In this document: positions 49,126-63,327 of the stretch, piece after piece | How positions within the stretch are numbered: position 1 is the stretch's first letter | Layout of the letters: every line of letters starts with the position of its first letter | Source: Blastocladiella emersonii ATCC 22665 | Taxonomy: Eukaryota; Fungi; Blastocladiomycota | NCBI GenBank assembly: GCA_025594325.1 | Contig: JANHCV010000005.1 | Span: 2,046,001 to 2,110,000, forward strand | Length of the DNA: 64,000 nucleotides | Direction of reading: 5' to 3' | Program-made: the position numbers and the translations under genes | Notes under the pieces: generated by a model | Told to the model about the DNA's origin: nothing | Databases searched by the model: none | Seen by the model: only the letters and a program-made list of their open reading frames with translations

Positions 49126-50874
49126 ACCAAAGCGCCAGATATTCAAATCTACCGCTTTGTGCACACTCCACTAGCCAACTCTTCGATCCACTAATTATGG
49201 AGCCCGTCGTCAAAGTACACTGTCCAATCAACTAAGTAAACAGCCAACCTGCCAGCCTGCCAGCCTGCCAGCCTGCCAGCCTGCCAACCTGCCAACCTGC
49301 CAACCTGCCGCCTTGCCTACCTGCTATCCGAACACCCACACCGCCTCGCAAGTCATTGGGGGCCCGCGCTCTCTGGTTGCCGTCCCAGCCAACAAAGGAA
49401 TGAATGATGAGCCCTGGCAGCCTGGCAGCCTGCCACACTGACAGCCTGACTGACAGCGCCCACCCAGTAGATATTATCTATCTCGTAGGTAGTCTGGGAG
49501 GACTTCGTTAGTCAATACACGACCAGTCTCCTCCTGGCTGCCGGCTCTGCTGTCCACTCCAAGTCCTGCATGATGATGGGCCAAGGAGGGTTCCGAGCAG
49601 CTCCTCTGTCTACCCGCGTGAAACCACTCACCCGCTGACGGATGTATACCACGCACCGTGCAGCGCGCACAGCACACAGCGCCCGACGCACCACGCGGTG
49701 CGCACACGGCGCAAACGGCCACCCTGGTGTCACACACACTCGCATGAACGGCAGGCATGCAAGGCGTCCGTCCTCAACTCAACAATGATTTATCATCCAG
49801 GCTTACTACTCGCTCCAACGGGTGCGCCTGCCTGCCCTCCCAGTGCCGTTGATTGATTGATGGGTGCGCCAGCCCCTGTTGCCAGCCACGTGGCAAGCAA
49901 CACCTCAGCACCTGCGTCGCCCTGGCCACCGTCCGTACCTTGCAAACAGCGTAGCAGCCGTACTGCTTCACAGGGCTGCAGAGGGCTGGCTGCGGAGGGC
50001 TGAGGCGGCAGGGCTCCTCCTGCAGGAAGGAGACAGTGCTGGGGCCAAGGAGTGCTAGGGACGACAAACTGAATGGTGAATGACCAGACCAACACACCAC
50101 ATGCTCCTGGCAGGAGTGCGTGTGGGCGTGCGGGCCCGTGTCCGTGCGTGCCTGTGTCTGTGCGTGCCTGGATTAGACCTCCATCACAAGCGCCAAGTGA
50201 CCAAGTGACCAAGTGACAAAGTGACCAAGGTGACCAAGGTGACCAAGGTGACCAAGGTGACCAGGGTGACCAAGGTGACCAAGTGACACACAAGCACCAA
50301 GCTAGGGTGGCCGGGCGGCCATGGACCGTACTGCATGGGTACCATTACCGTGGACTGGCCGCGGCCATTTATTGCAGCACAGCCCTGCCTGGCTCAGGAC
50401 GCGGCGGGCGTGGGAGGCGGGCAGGGTAGATAGGTAGCAGCAGCAGGACCTGGCTAGCTGGCTGTCAAACAACACGAGTGAAGGGGTGCGTGAGGGAGGG
50501 TGTGTTGAACGAATGGATGGGTGGATGCAGGCAGACCTTCATACGTGTCGTGCGTGATGAGGATTGGTTGGCCACCATCCACCAACGCCATGGCATGGCT
50601 GCGGGTGTCGCTGCGTGCGCCTTGGCGGGTGGTGGTGTTGGTGGGTGGTGTTGGTGGGTGCTGTGGTGGTAGTGGAGCTAAAGTGGTGTTGTGGGGCTCC
50701 TGGGGTCCCCTTCCCTTCCTGTCTGGCCTAGGTGGGTGGGTGGGCGGACGTAGCGCGCATGCGGGCGGGCAAGGTAGGAACGTTGCTCACGCAATGGATC
50801 ATGTATTTTATGGAACGTAGTCTGCACAGCAGAGAGGGGGATGTCCGGCCCAATCGGACCCTCCACGAATCACA

Positions 50875-52126
50875 CCGCGCCGCCGCCTCTGTTGCCGCCG
50901 CGGCCGCCGCTAAACGACCAATCGAATCTTCTACTACACCACCAACACCACCACCACCACCCGCTACGCTTTCTCCTGTCCATGGCGAGGACCTCAGCAC
51001 TCCCGGCTACGCCATGGTCGGCGAGTCCGTTGCTGGCGCGACGCGGTCCCTTGCCTCGTTCGGCCGTCGCCTCCTCGCCTCCATCTGGCGCGACCCCGCC
51101 GCTCTGTCTCGCCTCGCCGGCTGCGTTGTACGCGCCCGCGACGTCGCCTTCGCCTCCCGCTCACTCCAACTCGACCGCGACCTCGCTCGACCCGTCCTCG
51201 CGGCCATCACGTCCGTCGCCTCCCGATCCCTCTGGCGCGGCGCCTGGCTCTCTCACTCCGCTGGCTGCGCCGAGGCCGACCCACTCGATTCTTCTGAAGC
51301 TCCGCCGCGCGAGCCGCGTGAGCGGGCCCGCCGCCCATTTGGCCAGCCCATTGCCACACTCAAGTTCATCAACCGCCACCACTACTGCTCTCGCTGTCTG
51401 AGCTCGCTCCATTCCCACGTCCCCAACCCGTCTGGGCGTGAAGAAGACCCGCCAGTGTGCCCGCCGTCCACCGCGGCCCAAGCGGCTCTTGTTGCAGATC
51501 CCTCCGTCCGACTTTGGCTGCTCGGTTCCCCAAGGCACATTCGGTGATGTGACTAGACCAAGGATCGGCGCAGTCGACGCAAGTCCAGTAGCACCAGGTG
51601 TTTGCGCGCGGTACTGACCCATCCACTTTCTCTCGTTCTGACGACGATGAAACGCATGATCCGCCACTGAATGGCGCTGACGCACAAAAGAAAACGAAGG
51701 AGAAAAACAAAAAGAAAAGAAACGCAAAAAGAAGAATGTCCGCACAAAAAGATGGAAAAACATCTGACGAACCTCACAGGCCATGCCCAAGACCACAGCA
51801 CTGCCACTGGTCCATTGGCATGTCCTCGCGCTCTAGTTGGTCACGCCAGCTTGTCTCTCTGCTCGGTCTCTCTTTACTGCGTTTCGTTCGCTCTCTTAGC
51901 TCGCTGCTCGAGCTCGCTCTCTCTTCGCCTCGTTCGCCCATCTCTCTCGTACTCCCCTCTCCTCCCACAATTCTTCCCCCTATGCTCCTCGACGTGCACG
52001 GTCCGGGCTTGTCGTACTGCGGCTTGCCCACAAAAGGGCTGCTGCCCGTTGCACAGTGGATATTCTGCTTGCAGTTCACAACCGCTGTTAAGGAATAAAT
52101 GCATTGGTTCCAAAAAAAAAAAGAAA
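50875..52126 (+). mobile_element. LINE copy B in unit 9
   Basis: Same TSD; tail A11. Confidence 0.9.
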
Positions 52127-52198
52127 CCCTCCACGAATCACAATATGCGCGCAATGAATTGACCGATGATATGGCCGTACCAAACCAGCCACGTAGAC

Positions 52199-53236
52199 AA
52201 TTGTCATGGTAGTCGAACAAAACCATATTCAAATCTTGGACTACCCGCTTGTCCAGCTAGCCAGGGACCCATAAATCACAGTATCGACCCAACTAAATAT
52301 TTGACAGCAGAAATATAGTAAACCAACCTCGTACAAAATTGTCATGGTACTCAAACAAAACCATATTCAAAACCTTGACTTCCCGCATATCCAGCTGGCC
52401 AGGGACCCATAAATCACAGTATGGAACCAACAAAGTATCTGACAACAGAAATATGGTAAAACAGCTACGCGGATAATTGTCATGGTACTCAATCAAAACC
52501 ATACTCAAACCTTTGCTTTCCTGCATGTCCAGCTGGCCACTGACCCATAAATCACAGTATCGGACCAAGAAAATATCTGACCATGGAAATATAGTATACC
52601 AGCCACCTAGGTAATTGTCATGGCACTCAAACAAAACCATAGTCAAGTCTTTGACTATCCACATGTCCAGCTGATTGAGGACCCATGAATCGTAACGTCA
52701 AAGCAACAATATATCTCACCATGGAAGTATAGTAAACCAGCCACTCTGGCAATTGTCATGGTACTCAAACAAAACCATACTCAAATCTATGACTTCCCAC
52801 ATGTCCAGCAGGTTGGACACCCATAAATCACAGTATCAAACCAACAAAATATCAGACCACAGGAGTATATAAAAGCGACCACGTAGGTAATTGTCTTGGT
52901 ACTCAAACAAAACCATATTCAAATCTTTCAATTCCCGCTTGTCCAGCTAGCCAGGGACCCATAAATCACAGGATCACAGCAACAAAGTATCTGACAACAG
53001 AAATATGGTACACCAGCCACGTAGATAATTGTCATGGTACTCAAACAAAACCATACTCAAATCTTCGAGTGCCCCATGTCCAGGTGGGCAAGGGCCTATA
53101 AATCACAGTATTGAACCAAGAAAATACCTGACGATCGGGATGTATCAAACCCGCCACGCTGATACTTGTCGTGGTACTCAAACATAACCATACTCAGCCA
53201 AATCTTTGAATACCCTCACGTCCAGGTGGGCAAGGA
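52199..53236. repeat. 138-bp satellite 8-mer array
   Basis: Near-identical copy. Confidence 0.95.
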
Positions 53237-55025
53237 ACCAAAGCGCCAGATATTCAAATCTACCGCTTTGTGCACACTCCACTAGCCAACTCTTCGATCC
53301 ACTAATTATGGAGCCCGTCGTCAAAGTACACTGTCCAATCAACTAAGTAAACAGCCAACCTGCCAGCCTGCCAGCCTGCCAGCCTGCCAGCCTGCCAGCC
53401 TGCCAGCCTGCCAGCCTGCCAGCCTGCCAGCCTGCCAACCTGCCAACCTGCCAACCTGCCGCCTTGCCTACCTGCTATCCGAACACCCACACCGCCTCGC
53501 AAGTCATTGGGGGCCCGCGCTCTCTGGTTGCCGTCCCAGCCAACAAAGGAATGAATGATGAGCCCTGGCAGCCTGGCAGCCTGCCACACTGACAGCCTGA
53601 CTGACAGCGCCCACCCAGTAGATATTATCTATCTCGTAGGTAGTCTGGGAGGACTTCGTTAGTCAATACACGACCAGTCTCCTCCTGGCTGCCGGCTCTG
53701 CTGTCCACTCCAAGTCCTGCATGATGATGGGCCAAGGAGGGTTCCGAGCAGCTCCTCTGTCTACCCGCGTGAAACCACTCACCCGCTGACGGATGTATAC
53801 CACGCACCGTGCAGCGCGCACAGCACACAGCGCCCGACGCACCACGCGGTGCGCACACGGCGCAAACGGCCACCCTGGTGTCACACACACTCGCATGAAC
53901 GGCAGGCATGCAAGGCGTCCGTCCTCAACTCAACAATGATTTATCATCCAGGCTTACTACTCGCTCCAACGGGTGCGCCTGCCTGCCCTCCCAGTGCCGT
54001 TGATTGATTGATGGGTGCGCCAGCCCCTGTTGCCAGCCACGTGGCAAGCAACACCTCAGCACCTGCGTCGCCCTGGCCACCGTCCGTACCTTGCAAACAG
54101 CGTAGCAGCCGTACTGCTTCACAGGGCTGCAGAGGGCTGGCTGCGGAGGGCTGAGGCGGCAGGGCTCCTCCTGCAGGAAGGAGACAGTGCTGGGGCCAAG
54201 GAGTGCTAGGGACGACAAACTGAATGGTGAATGACCAGACCAACACACCACATGCTCCTGGCAGGAGTGCGTGTGGGCGTGCGGGCCCGTGTCCGTGCGT
54301 GCCTGTGTCTGTGCGTGCCTGGATTAGACCTCCATCACAAGCGCCAAGTGACCAAGTGACCAAGTGACAAAGTGACCAAGGTGACCAAGGTGACCAAGGT
54401 GACCAAGGTGACCAGGGTGACCAAGGTGACCAAGTGACACACAAGCACCAAGCTAGGGTGGCCGGGCGGCCATGGACCGTACTGCATGGGTACCATTACC
54501 GTGGACTGGCCGCGGCCATTTATTGCAGCACAGCCCTGCCTGGCTCAGGACGCGGCGGGCGTGGGAGGCGGGCAGGGTAGATAGGTAGCAGCAGCAGGAC
54601 CTGGCTAGCTGGCTGTCAAACAACACGAGTGAAGGGGTGCGTGAGGGAGGGTGTGTTGAACGAATGGATGGGTGGATGCAGGCAGACCTTCATACGTGTC
54701 GTGCGTGATGAGGATTGGTTGGCCACCATCCACCAACGCCATGGCATGGCTGCGGGTGTCGCTGCGTGCGCCTTGGCGGGTGGTGGTGTTGGTGGGTGGT
54801 GTTGGTGGGTGCTGTGGTGGTAGTGGAGCTAAAGTGGTGTTGTGGGGCTCCTGGGGTCCCCTTCCCTTCCTGTCTGGCCTAGGTGGGTGGGTGGGCGGAC
54901 GTAGCGCGCATGCGGGCGGGCAAGGTAGGAACGTTGCTCACGCAATGGATCATGTATTTTATGGAACGTAGTCTGCACAGCAGAGAGGGGGATGTCCGGC
55001 CCAATCGGACCCTCCACGAATCACA

Positions 55026-56277
55026 CCGCGCCGCCGCCTCTGTTGCCGCCGCGGCCGCCGCTAAACGACCAATCGAATCTTCTACTACACCACCAACACC
55101 ACCACCACCACCCGCTACGCTTTCTCCTGTCCATGGCGAGGACCTCAGCACTCCCGGCTACGCCATGGTCGGCGAGTCCGTTGCTGGCGCGACGCGGTCC
55201 CTTGCCTCGTTCGGCCGTCGCCTCCTCGCCTCCATCTGGCGCGACCCCGCCGCTCTGTCTCGCCTCGCCGGCTGCGTTGTACGCGCCCGCGACGTCGCCT
55301 TCGCCTCCCGCTCACTCCAACTCGACCGCGACCTCGCTCGACCCGTCCTCGCGGCCATCACGTCCGTCGCCTCCCGATCCCTCTGGCGCGGCGCCTGGCT
55401 CTCTCACTCCGCTGGCTGCGCCGAGGCCGACCCACTCGATTCTTCTGAAGCTCCGCCGCGCGAGCCGCGTGAGCGGGCCCGCCGCCCATTTGGCCAGCCC
55501 ATTGCCACACTCAAGTTCATCAACCGCCACCACTACTGCTCTCGCTGTCTGAGCTCGCTCCATTCCCACGTCCCCAACCCGTCTGGGCGTGAAGAAGACC
55601 CGCCAGTGTGCCCGCCGTCCACCGCGGCCCAAGCGGCTCTTGTTGCAGATCCCTCCGTCCGACTTTGGCTGCTCGGTTCCCCAAGGCACATTCGGTGATG
55701 TGACTAGACCAAGGATCGGCGCAGTCGACGCAAGTCCAGTAGCACCAGGTGTTTGCGCGCGGTACTGACCCATCCACTTTCTCTCGTTCTGACGACGATG
55801 AAACGCATGATCCGCCACTGAATGGCGCTGACGCACAAAAGAAAACGAAGGAGAAAAACAAAAAGAAAAGAAACGCAAAAAGAAGAATGTCCGCACAAAA
55901 AGATGGAAAAACATCTGACGAACCTCACAGGCCATGCCCAAGACCACAGCACTGCCACTGGTCCATTGGCATGTCCTCGCGCTCTAGTTGGTCACGCCAG
56001 CTTGTCTCTCTGCTCGGTCTCTCTTTACTGCGTTTCGTTCGCTCTCTTAGCTCGCTGCTCGAGCTCGCTCTCTCTTCGCCTCGTTCGCCCATCTCTCTCG
56101 TACTCCCCTCTCCTCCCACAATTCTTCCCCCTATGCTCCTCGACGTGCACGGTCCGGGCTTGTCGTACTGCGGCTTGCCCACAAAAGGGCTGCTGCCCGT
56201 TGCACAGTGGATATTCTGCTTGCAGTTCACAACCGCTGTTAAGGAATAAATGCATTGGTTCCAAAAAAAAAAAGAAA
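55026..56277 (+). mobile_element. LINE copy B in unit 10
   Basis: Same TSD; tail A11. Confidence 0.9.
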
Positions 56278-56349
56278 CCCTCCACGAATCACAATATGCG
56301 CGCAATGAATTGACCGATGATATGGCCGTACCAAACCAGCCACGTAGAC

Positions 56350-57387
56350 AATTGTCATGGTAGTCGAACAAAACCATATTCAAATCTTGGACTACCCGCT
56401 TGTCCAGCTAGCCAGGGACCCATAAATCACAGTATCGACCCAACTAAATATTTGACAGCAGAAATATAGTAAACCAACCTCGTACAAAATTGTCATGGTA
56501 CTCAAACAAAACCATATTCAAAACCTTGACTTCCCGCATATCCAGCTGGCCAGGGACCCATAAATCACAGTATGGAACCAACAAAGTATCTGACAACAGA
56601 AATATGGTAAAACAGCTACGCGGATAATTGTCATGGTACTCAATCAAAACCATACTCAAACCTTTGCTTTCCTGCATGTCCAGCTGGCCACTGACCCATA
56701 AATCACAGTATCGGACCAAGAAAATATCTGACCATGGAAATATAGTATACCAGCCACCTAGGTAATTGTCATGGCACTCAAACAAAACCATAGTCAAGTC
56801 TTTGACTATCCACATGTCCAGCTGATTGAGGACCCATGAATCGTAACGTCAAAGCAACAATATATCTCACCATGGAAGTATAGTAAACCAGCCACTCTGG
56901 CAATTGTCATGGTACTCAAACAAAACCATACTCAAATCTATGACTTCCCACATGTCCAGCAGGTTGGACACCCATAAATCACAGTATCAAACCAACAAAA
57001 TATCAGACCACAGGAGTATATAAAAGCGACCACGTAGGTAATTGTCTTGGTACTCAAACAAAACCATATTCAAATCTTTCAATTCCCGCTTGTCCAGCTA
57101 GCCAGGGACCCATAAATCACAGGATCACAGCAACAAAGTATCTGACAACAGAAATATGGTACACCAGCCACGTAGATAATTGTCATGGTACTCAAACAAA
57201 ACCATACTCAAATCTTCGAGTGCCCCATGTCCAGGTGGGCAAGGGCCTATAAATCACAGTATTGAACCAAGAAAATACCTGACGATCGGGATGTATCAAA
57301 CCCGCCACGCTGATACTTGTCGTGGTACTCAAACATAACCATACTCAGCCAAATCTTTGAATACCCTCACGTCCAGGTGGGCAAGGA
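56350..57387. repeat. 138-bp satellite 8-mer array
   Basis: Near-identical copy. Confidence 0.95.
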
Positions 57388-59176
57388 ACCAAAGCGCCAG
57401 ATATTCAAATCTACCGCTTTGTGCACACTCCACTAGCCAACTCTTCGATCCACTAATTATGGAGCCCGTCGTCAAAGTACACTGTCCAATCAACTAAGTA
57501 AACAGCCAACCTGCCAGCCTGCCAGCCTGCCAGCCTGCCAGCCTGCCAGCCTGCCAGCCTGCCAGCCTGCCAGCCTGCCAGCCTGCCAACCTGCCAACCT
57601 GCCAACCTGCCGCCTTGCCTACCTGCTATCCGAACACCCACACCGCCTCGCAAGTCATTGGGGGCCCGCGCTCTCTGGTTGCCGTCCCAGCCAACAAAGG
57701 AATGAATGATGAGCCCTGGCAGCCTGGCAGCCTGCCACACTGACAGCCTGACTGACAGCGCCCACCCAGTAGATATTATCTATCTCGTAGGTAGTCTGGG
57801 AGGACTTCGTTAGTCAATACACGACCAGTCTCCTCCTGGCTGCCGGCTCTGCTGTCCACTCCAAGTCCTGCATGATGATGGGCCAAGGAGGGTTCCGAGC
57901 AGCTCCTCTGTCTACCCGCGTGAAACCACTCACCCGCTGACGGATGTATACCACGCACCGTGCAGCGCGCACAGCACACAGCGCCCGACGCACCACGCGG
58001 TGCGCACACGGCGCAAACGGCCACCCTGGTGTCACACACACTCGCATGAACGGCAGGCATGCAAGGCGTCCGTCCTCAACTCAACAATGATTTATCATCC
58101 AGGCTTACTACTCGCTCCAACGGGTGCGCCTGCCTGCCCTCCCAGTGCCGTTGATTGATTGATGGGTGCGCCAGCCCCTGTTGCCAGCCACGTGGCAAGC
58201 AACACCTCAGCACCTGCGTCGCCCTGGCCACCGTCCGTACCTTGCAAACAGCGTAGCAGCCGTACTGCTTCACAGGGCTGCAGAGGGCTGGCTGCGGAGG
58301 GCTGAGGCGGCAGGGCTCCTCCTGCAGGAAGGAGACAGTGCTGGGGCCAAGGAGTGCTAGGGACGACAAACTGAATGGTGAATGACCAGACCAACACACC
58401 ACATGCTCCTGGCAGGAGTGCGTGTGGGCGTGCGGGCCCGTGTCCGTGCGTGCCTGTGTCTGTGCGTGCCTGGATTAGACCTCCATCACAAGCGCCAAGT
58501 GACCAAGTGACCAAGTGACAAAGTGACCAAGGTGACCAAGGTGACCAAGGTGACCAAGGTGACCAGGGTGACCAAGGTGACCAAGTGACACACAAGCACC
58601 AAGCTAGGGTGGCCGGGCGGCCATGGACCGTACTGCATGGGTACCATTACCGTGGACTGGCCGCGGCCATTTATTGCAGCACAGCCCTGCCTGGCTCAGG
58701 ACGCGGCGGGCGTGGGAGGCGGGCAGGGTAGATAGGTAGCAGCAGCAGGACCTGGCTAGCTGGCTGTCAAACAACACGAGTGAAGGGGTGCGTGAGGGAG
58801 GGTGTGTTGAACGAATGGATGGGTGGATGCAGGCAGACCTTCATACGTGTCGTGCGTGATGAGGATTGGTTGGCCACCATCCACCAACGCCATGGCATGG
58901 CTGCGGGTGTCGCTGCGTGCGCCTTGGCGGGTGGTGGTGTTGGTGGGTGGTGTTGGTGGGTGCTGTGGTGGTAGTGGAGCTAAAGTGGTGTTGTGGGGCT
59001 CCTGGGGTCCCCTTCCCTTCCTGTCTGGCCTAGGTGGGTGGGTGGGCGGACGTAGCGCGCATGCGGGCGGGCAAGGTAGGAACGTTGCTCACGCAATGGA
59101 TCATGTATTTTATGGAACGTAGTCTGCACAGCAGAGAGGGGGATGTCCGGCCCAATCGGACCCTCCACGAATCACA

Positions 59177-60428
59177 CCGCGCCGCCGCCTCTGTTGCCGC
59201 CGCGGCCGCCGCTAAACGACCAATCGAATCTTCTACTACACCACCAACACCACCACCACCACCCGCTACGCTTTCTCCTGTCCATGGCGAGGACCTCAGC
59301 ACTCCCGGCTACGCCATGGTCGGCGAGTCCGTTGCTGGCGCGACGCGGTCCCTTGCCTCGTTCGGCCGTCGCCTCCTCGCCTCCATCTGGCGCGACCCCG
59401 CCGCTCTGTCTCGCCTCGCCGGCTGCGTTGTACGCGCCCGCGACGTCGCCTTCGCCTCCCGCTCACTCCAACTCGACCGCGACCTCGCTCGACCCGTCCT
59501 CGCGGCCATCACGTCCGTCGCCTCCCGATCCCTCTGGCGCGGCGCCTGGCTCTCTCACTCCGCTGGCTGCGCCGAGGCCGACCCACTCGATTCTTCTGAA
59601 GCTCCGCCGCGCGAGCCGCGTGAGCGGGCCCGCCGCCCATTTGGCCAGCCCATTGCCACACTCAAGTTCATCAACCGCCACCACTACTGCTCTCGCTGTC
59701 TGAGCTCGCTCCATTCCCACGTCCCCAACCCGTCTGGGCGTGAAGAAGACCCGCCAGTGTGCCCGCCGTCCACCGCGGCCCAAGCGGCTCTTGTTGCAGA
59801 TCCCTCCGTCCGACTTTGGCTGCTCGGTTCCCCAAGGCACATTCGGTGATGTGACTAGACCAAGGATCGGCGCAGTCGACGCAAGTCCAGTAGCACCAGG
59901 TGTTTGCGCGCGGTACTGACCCATCCACTTTCTCTCGTTCTGACGACGATGAAACGCATGATCCGCCACTGAATGGCGCTGACGCACAAAAGAAAACGAA
60001 GGAGAAAAACAAAAAGAAAAGAAACGCAAAAAGAAGAATGTCCGCACAAAAAGATGGAAAAACATCTGACGAACCTCACAGGCCATGCCCAAGACCACAG
60101 CACTGCCACTGGTCCATTGGCATGTCCTCGCGCTCTAGTTGGTCACGCCAGCTTGTCTCTCTGCTCGGTCTCTCTTTACTGCGTTTCGTTCGCTCTCTTA
60201 GCTCGCTGCTCGAGCTCGCTCTCTCTTCGCCTCGTTCGCCCATCTCTCTCGTACTCCCCTCTCCTCCCACAATTCTTCCCCCTATGCTCCTCGACGTGCA
60301 CGGTCCGGGCTTGTCGTACTGCGGCTTGCCCACAAAAGGGCTGCTGCCCGTTGCACAGTGGATATTCTGCTTGCAGTTCACAACCGCTGTTAAGGAATAA
60401 ATGCATTGGTTCCAAAAAAAAAAAGAAA
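59177..60428 (+). mobile_element. LINE copy B in unit 11
   Basis: Same TSD; tail A11. Confidence 0.9.
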
Positions 60429-60500
60429 CCCTCCACGAATCACAATATGCGCGCAATGAATTGACCGATGATATGGCCGTACCAAACCAGCCACGTAGAC

Positions 60501-61538
60501 AATTGTCATGGTAGTCGAACAAAACCATATTCAAATCTTGGACTACCCGCTTGTCCAGCTAGCCAGGGACCCATAAATCACAGTATCGACCCAACTAAAT
60601 ATTTGACAGCAGAAATATAGTAAACCAACCTCGTACAAAATTGTCATGGTACTCAAACAAAACCATATTCAAAACCTTGACTTCCCGCATATCCAGCTGG
60701 CCAGGGACCCATAAATCACAGTATGGAACCAACAAAGTATCTGACAACAGAAATATGGTAAAACAGCTACGCGGATAATTGTCATGGTACTCAATCAAAA
60801 CCATACTCAAACCTTTGCTTTCCTGCATGTCCAGCTGGCCACTGACCCATAAATCACAGTATCGGACCAAGAAAATATCTGACCATGGAAATATAGTATA
60901 CCAGCCACCTAGGTAATTGTCATGGCACTCAAACAAAACCATAGTCAAGTCTTTGACTATCCACATGTCCAGCTGATTGAGGACCCATGAATCGTAACGT
61001 CAAAGCAACAATATATCTCACCATGGAAGTATAGTAAACCAGCCACTCTGGCAATTGTCATGGTACTCAAACAAAACCATACTCAAATCTATGACTTCCC
61101 ACATGTCCAGCAGGTTGGACACCCATAAATCACAGTATCAAACCAACAAAATATCAGACCACAGGAGTATATAAAACCGACCACGTAGGTAATTGTCTTG
61201 GTACTCAAACAAAACCATATTCAAATCTTTCAATTCCCGCTTGTCCAGCTAGCCAGGGACCCATAAATCACAGGATCACAGCAACAAAGTATCTGACAAC
61301 AGAAATATGGTACACCAGCCACGTAGATAATTGTCATGGTACTCAAACAAAACCATACTCAAATCTTCGAGTGCCCCATGTCCAGGTGGGCAAGGGCCTA
61401 TAAATCACAGTATTGAACCAAGAAAATACCTGACGATCGGGATGTATCAAACCCGCCACGCTGATACTTGTCGTGGTACTCAAACATAACCATACTCAGC
61501 CAAATCTTTGAATACCCTCACGTCCAGGTGGGCAAGGA
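60501..61538. repeat. 138-bp satellite 8-mer array
   Basis: Near-identical copy; has C61177, the allele otherwise seen only at 15498. Confidence 0.95.
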
Positions 61539-63327
61539 ACCAAAGCGCCAGATATTCAAATCTACCGCTTTGTGCACACTCCACTAGCCAACTCTTCGAT
61601 CCACTAATTATGGAGCCCGTCGTCAAAGTACACTGTCCAATCAACTAAGTAAACAGCCAACCTGCCAGCCTGCCAGCCTGCCAGCCTGCCAGCCTGCCAG
61701 CCTGCCAGCCTGCCAGCCTGCCAGCCTGCCAGCCTGCCAACCTGCCAACCTGCCAACCTGCCGCCTTGCCTACCTGCTATCCGAACACCCACACCGCCTC
61801 GCAAGTCATTGGGGGCCCGCGCTCTCTGGTTGCCGTCCCAGCCAACAAAGGAATGAATGATGAGCCCTGGCAGCCTGGCAGCCTGCCACACTGACAGCCT
61901 GACTGACAGCGCCCACCCAGTAGATATTATCTATCTCGTAGGTAGTCTGGGAGGACTTCGTTAGTCAATACACGACCAGTCTCCTCCTGGCTGCCGGCTC
62001 TGCTGTCCACTCCAAGTCCTGCATGATGATGGGCCAAGGAGGGTTCCGAGCAGCTCCTCTGTCTACCCGCGTGAAACCACTCACCCGCTGACGGATGTAT
62101 ACCACGCACCGTGCAGCGCGCACAGCACACAGCGCCCGACGCACCACGCGGTGCGCACACGGCGCAAACGGCCACCCTGGTGTCACACACACTCGCATGA
62201 ACGGCAGGCATGCAAGGCGTCCGTCCTCAACTCAACAATGATTTATCATCCAGGCTTACTACTCGCTCCAACGGGTGCGCCTGCCTGCCCTCCCAGTGCC
62301 GTTGATTGATTGATGGGTGCGCCAGCCCCTGTTGCCAGCCACGTGGCAAGCAACACCTCAGCACCTGCGTCGCCCTGGCCACCGTCCGTACCTTGCAAAC
62401 AGCGTAGCAGCCGTACTGCTTCACAGGGCTGCAGAGGGCTGGCTGCGGAGGGCTGAGGCGGCAGGGCTCCTCCTGCAGGAAGGAGACAGTGCTGGGGCCA
62501 AGGAGTGCTAGGGACGACAAACTGAATGGTGAATGACCAGACCAACACACCACATGCTCCTGGCAGGAGTGCGTGTGGGCGTGCGGGCCCGTGTCCGTGC
62601 GTGCCTGTGTCTGTGCGTGCCTGGATTAGACCTCCATCACAAGCGCCAAGTGACCAAGTGACCAAGTGACAAAGTGACCAAGGTGACCAAGGTGACCAAG
62701 GTGACCAAGGTGACCAGGGTGACCAAGGTGACCAAGTGACACACAAGCACCAAGCTAGGGTGGCCGGGCGGCCATGGACCGTACTGCATGGGTACCATTA
62801 CCGTGGACTGGCCGCGGCCATTTATTGCAGCACAGCCCTGCCTGGCTCAGGACGCGGCGGGCGTGGGAGGCGGGCAGGGTAGATAGGTAGCAGCAGCAGG
62901 ACCTGGCTAGCTGGCTGTCAAACAACACGAGTGAAGGGGTGCGTGAGGGAGGGTGTGTTGAACGAATGGATGGGTGGATGCAGGCAGACCTTCATACGTG
63001 TCGTGCGTGATGAGGATTGGTTGGCCACCATCCACCAACGCCATGGCATGGCTGCGGGTGTCGCTGCGTGCGCCTTGGCGGGTGGTGGTGTTGGTGGGTG
63101 GTGTTGGTGGGTGCTGTGGTGGTAGTGGAGCTAAAGTGGTGTTGTGGGGCTCCTGGGGTCCCCTTCCCTTCCTGTCTGGCCTAGGTGGGTGGGTGGGCGG
63201 ACGTAGCGCGCATGCGGGCGGGCAAGGTAGGAACGTTGCTCACGCAATGGATCATGTATTTTATGGAACGTAGTCTGCACAGCAGAGAGGGGGATGTCCG
63301 GCCCAATCGGACCCTCCACGAATCACA

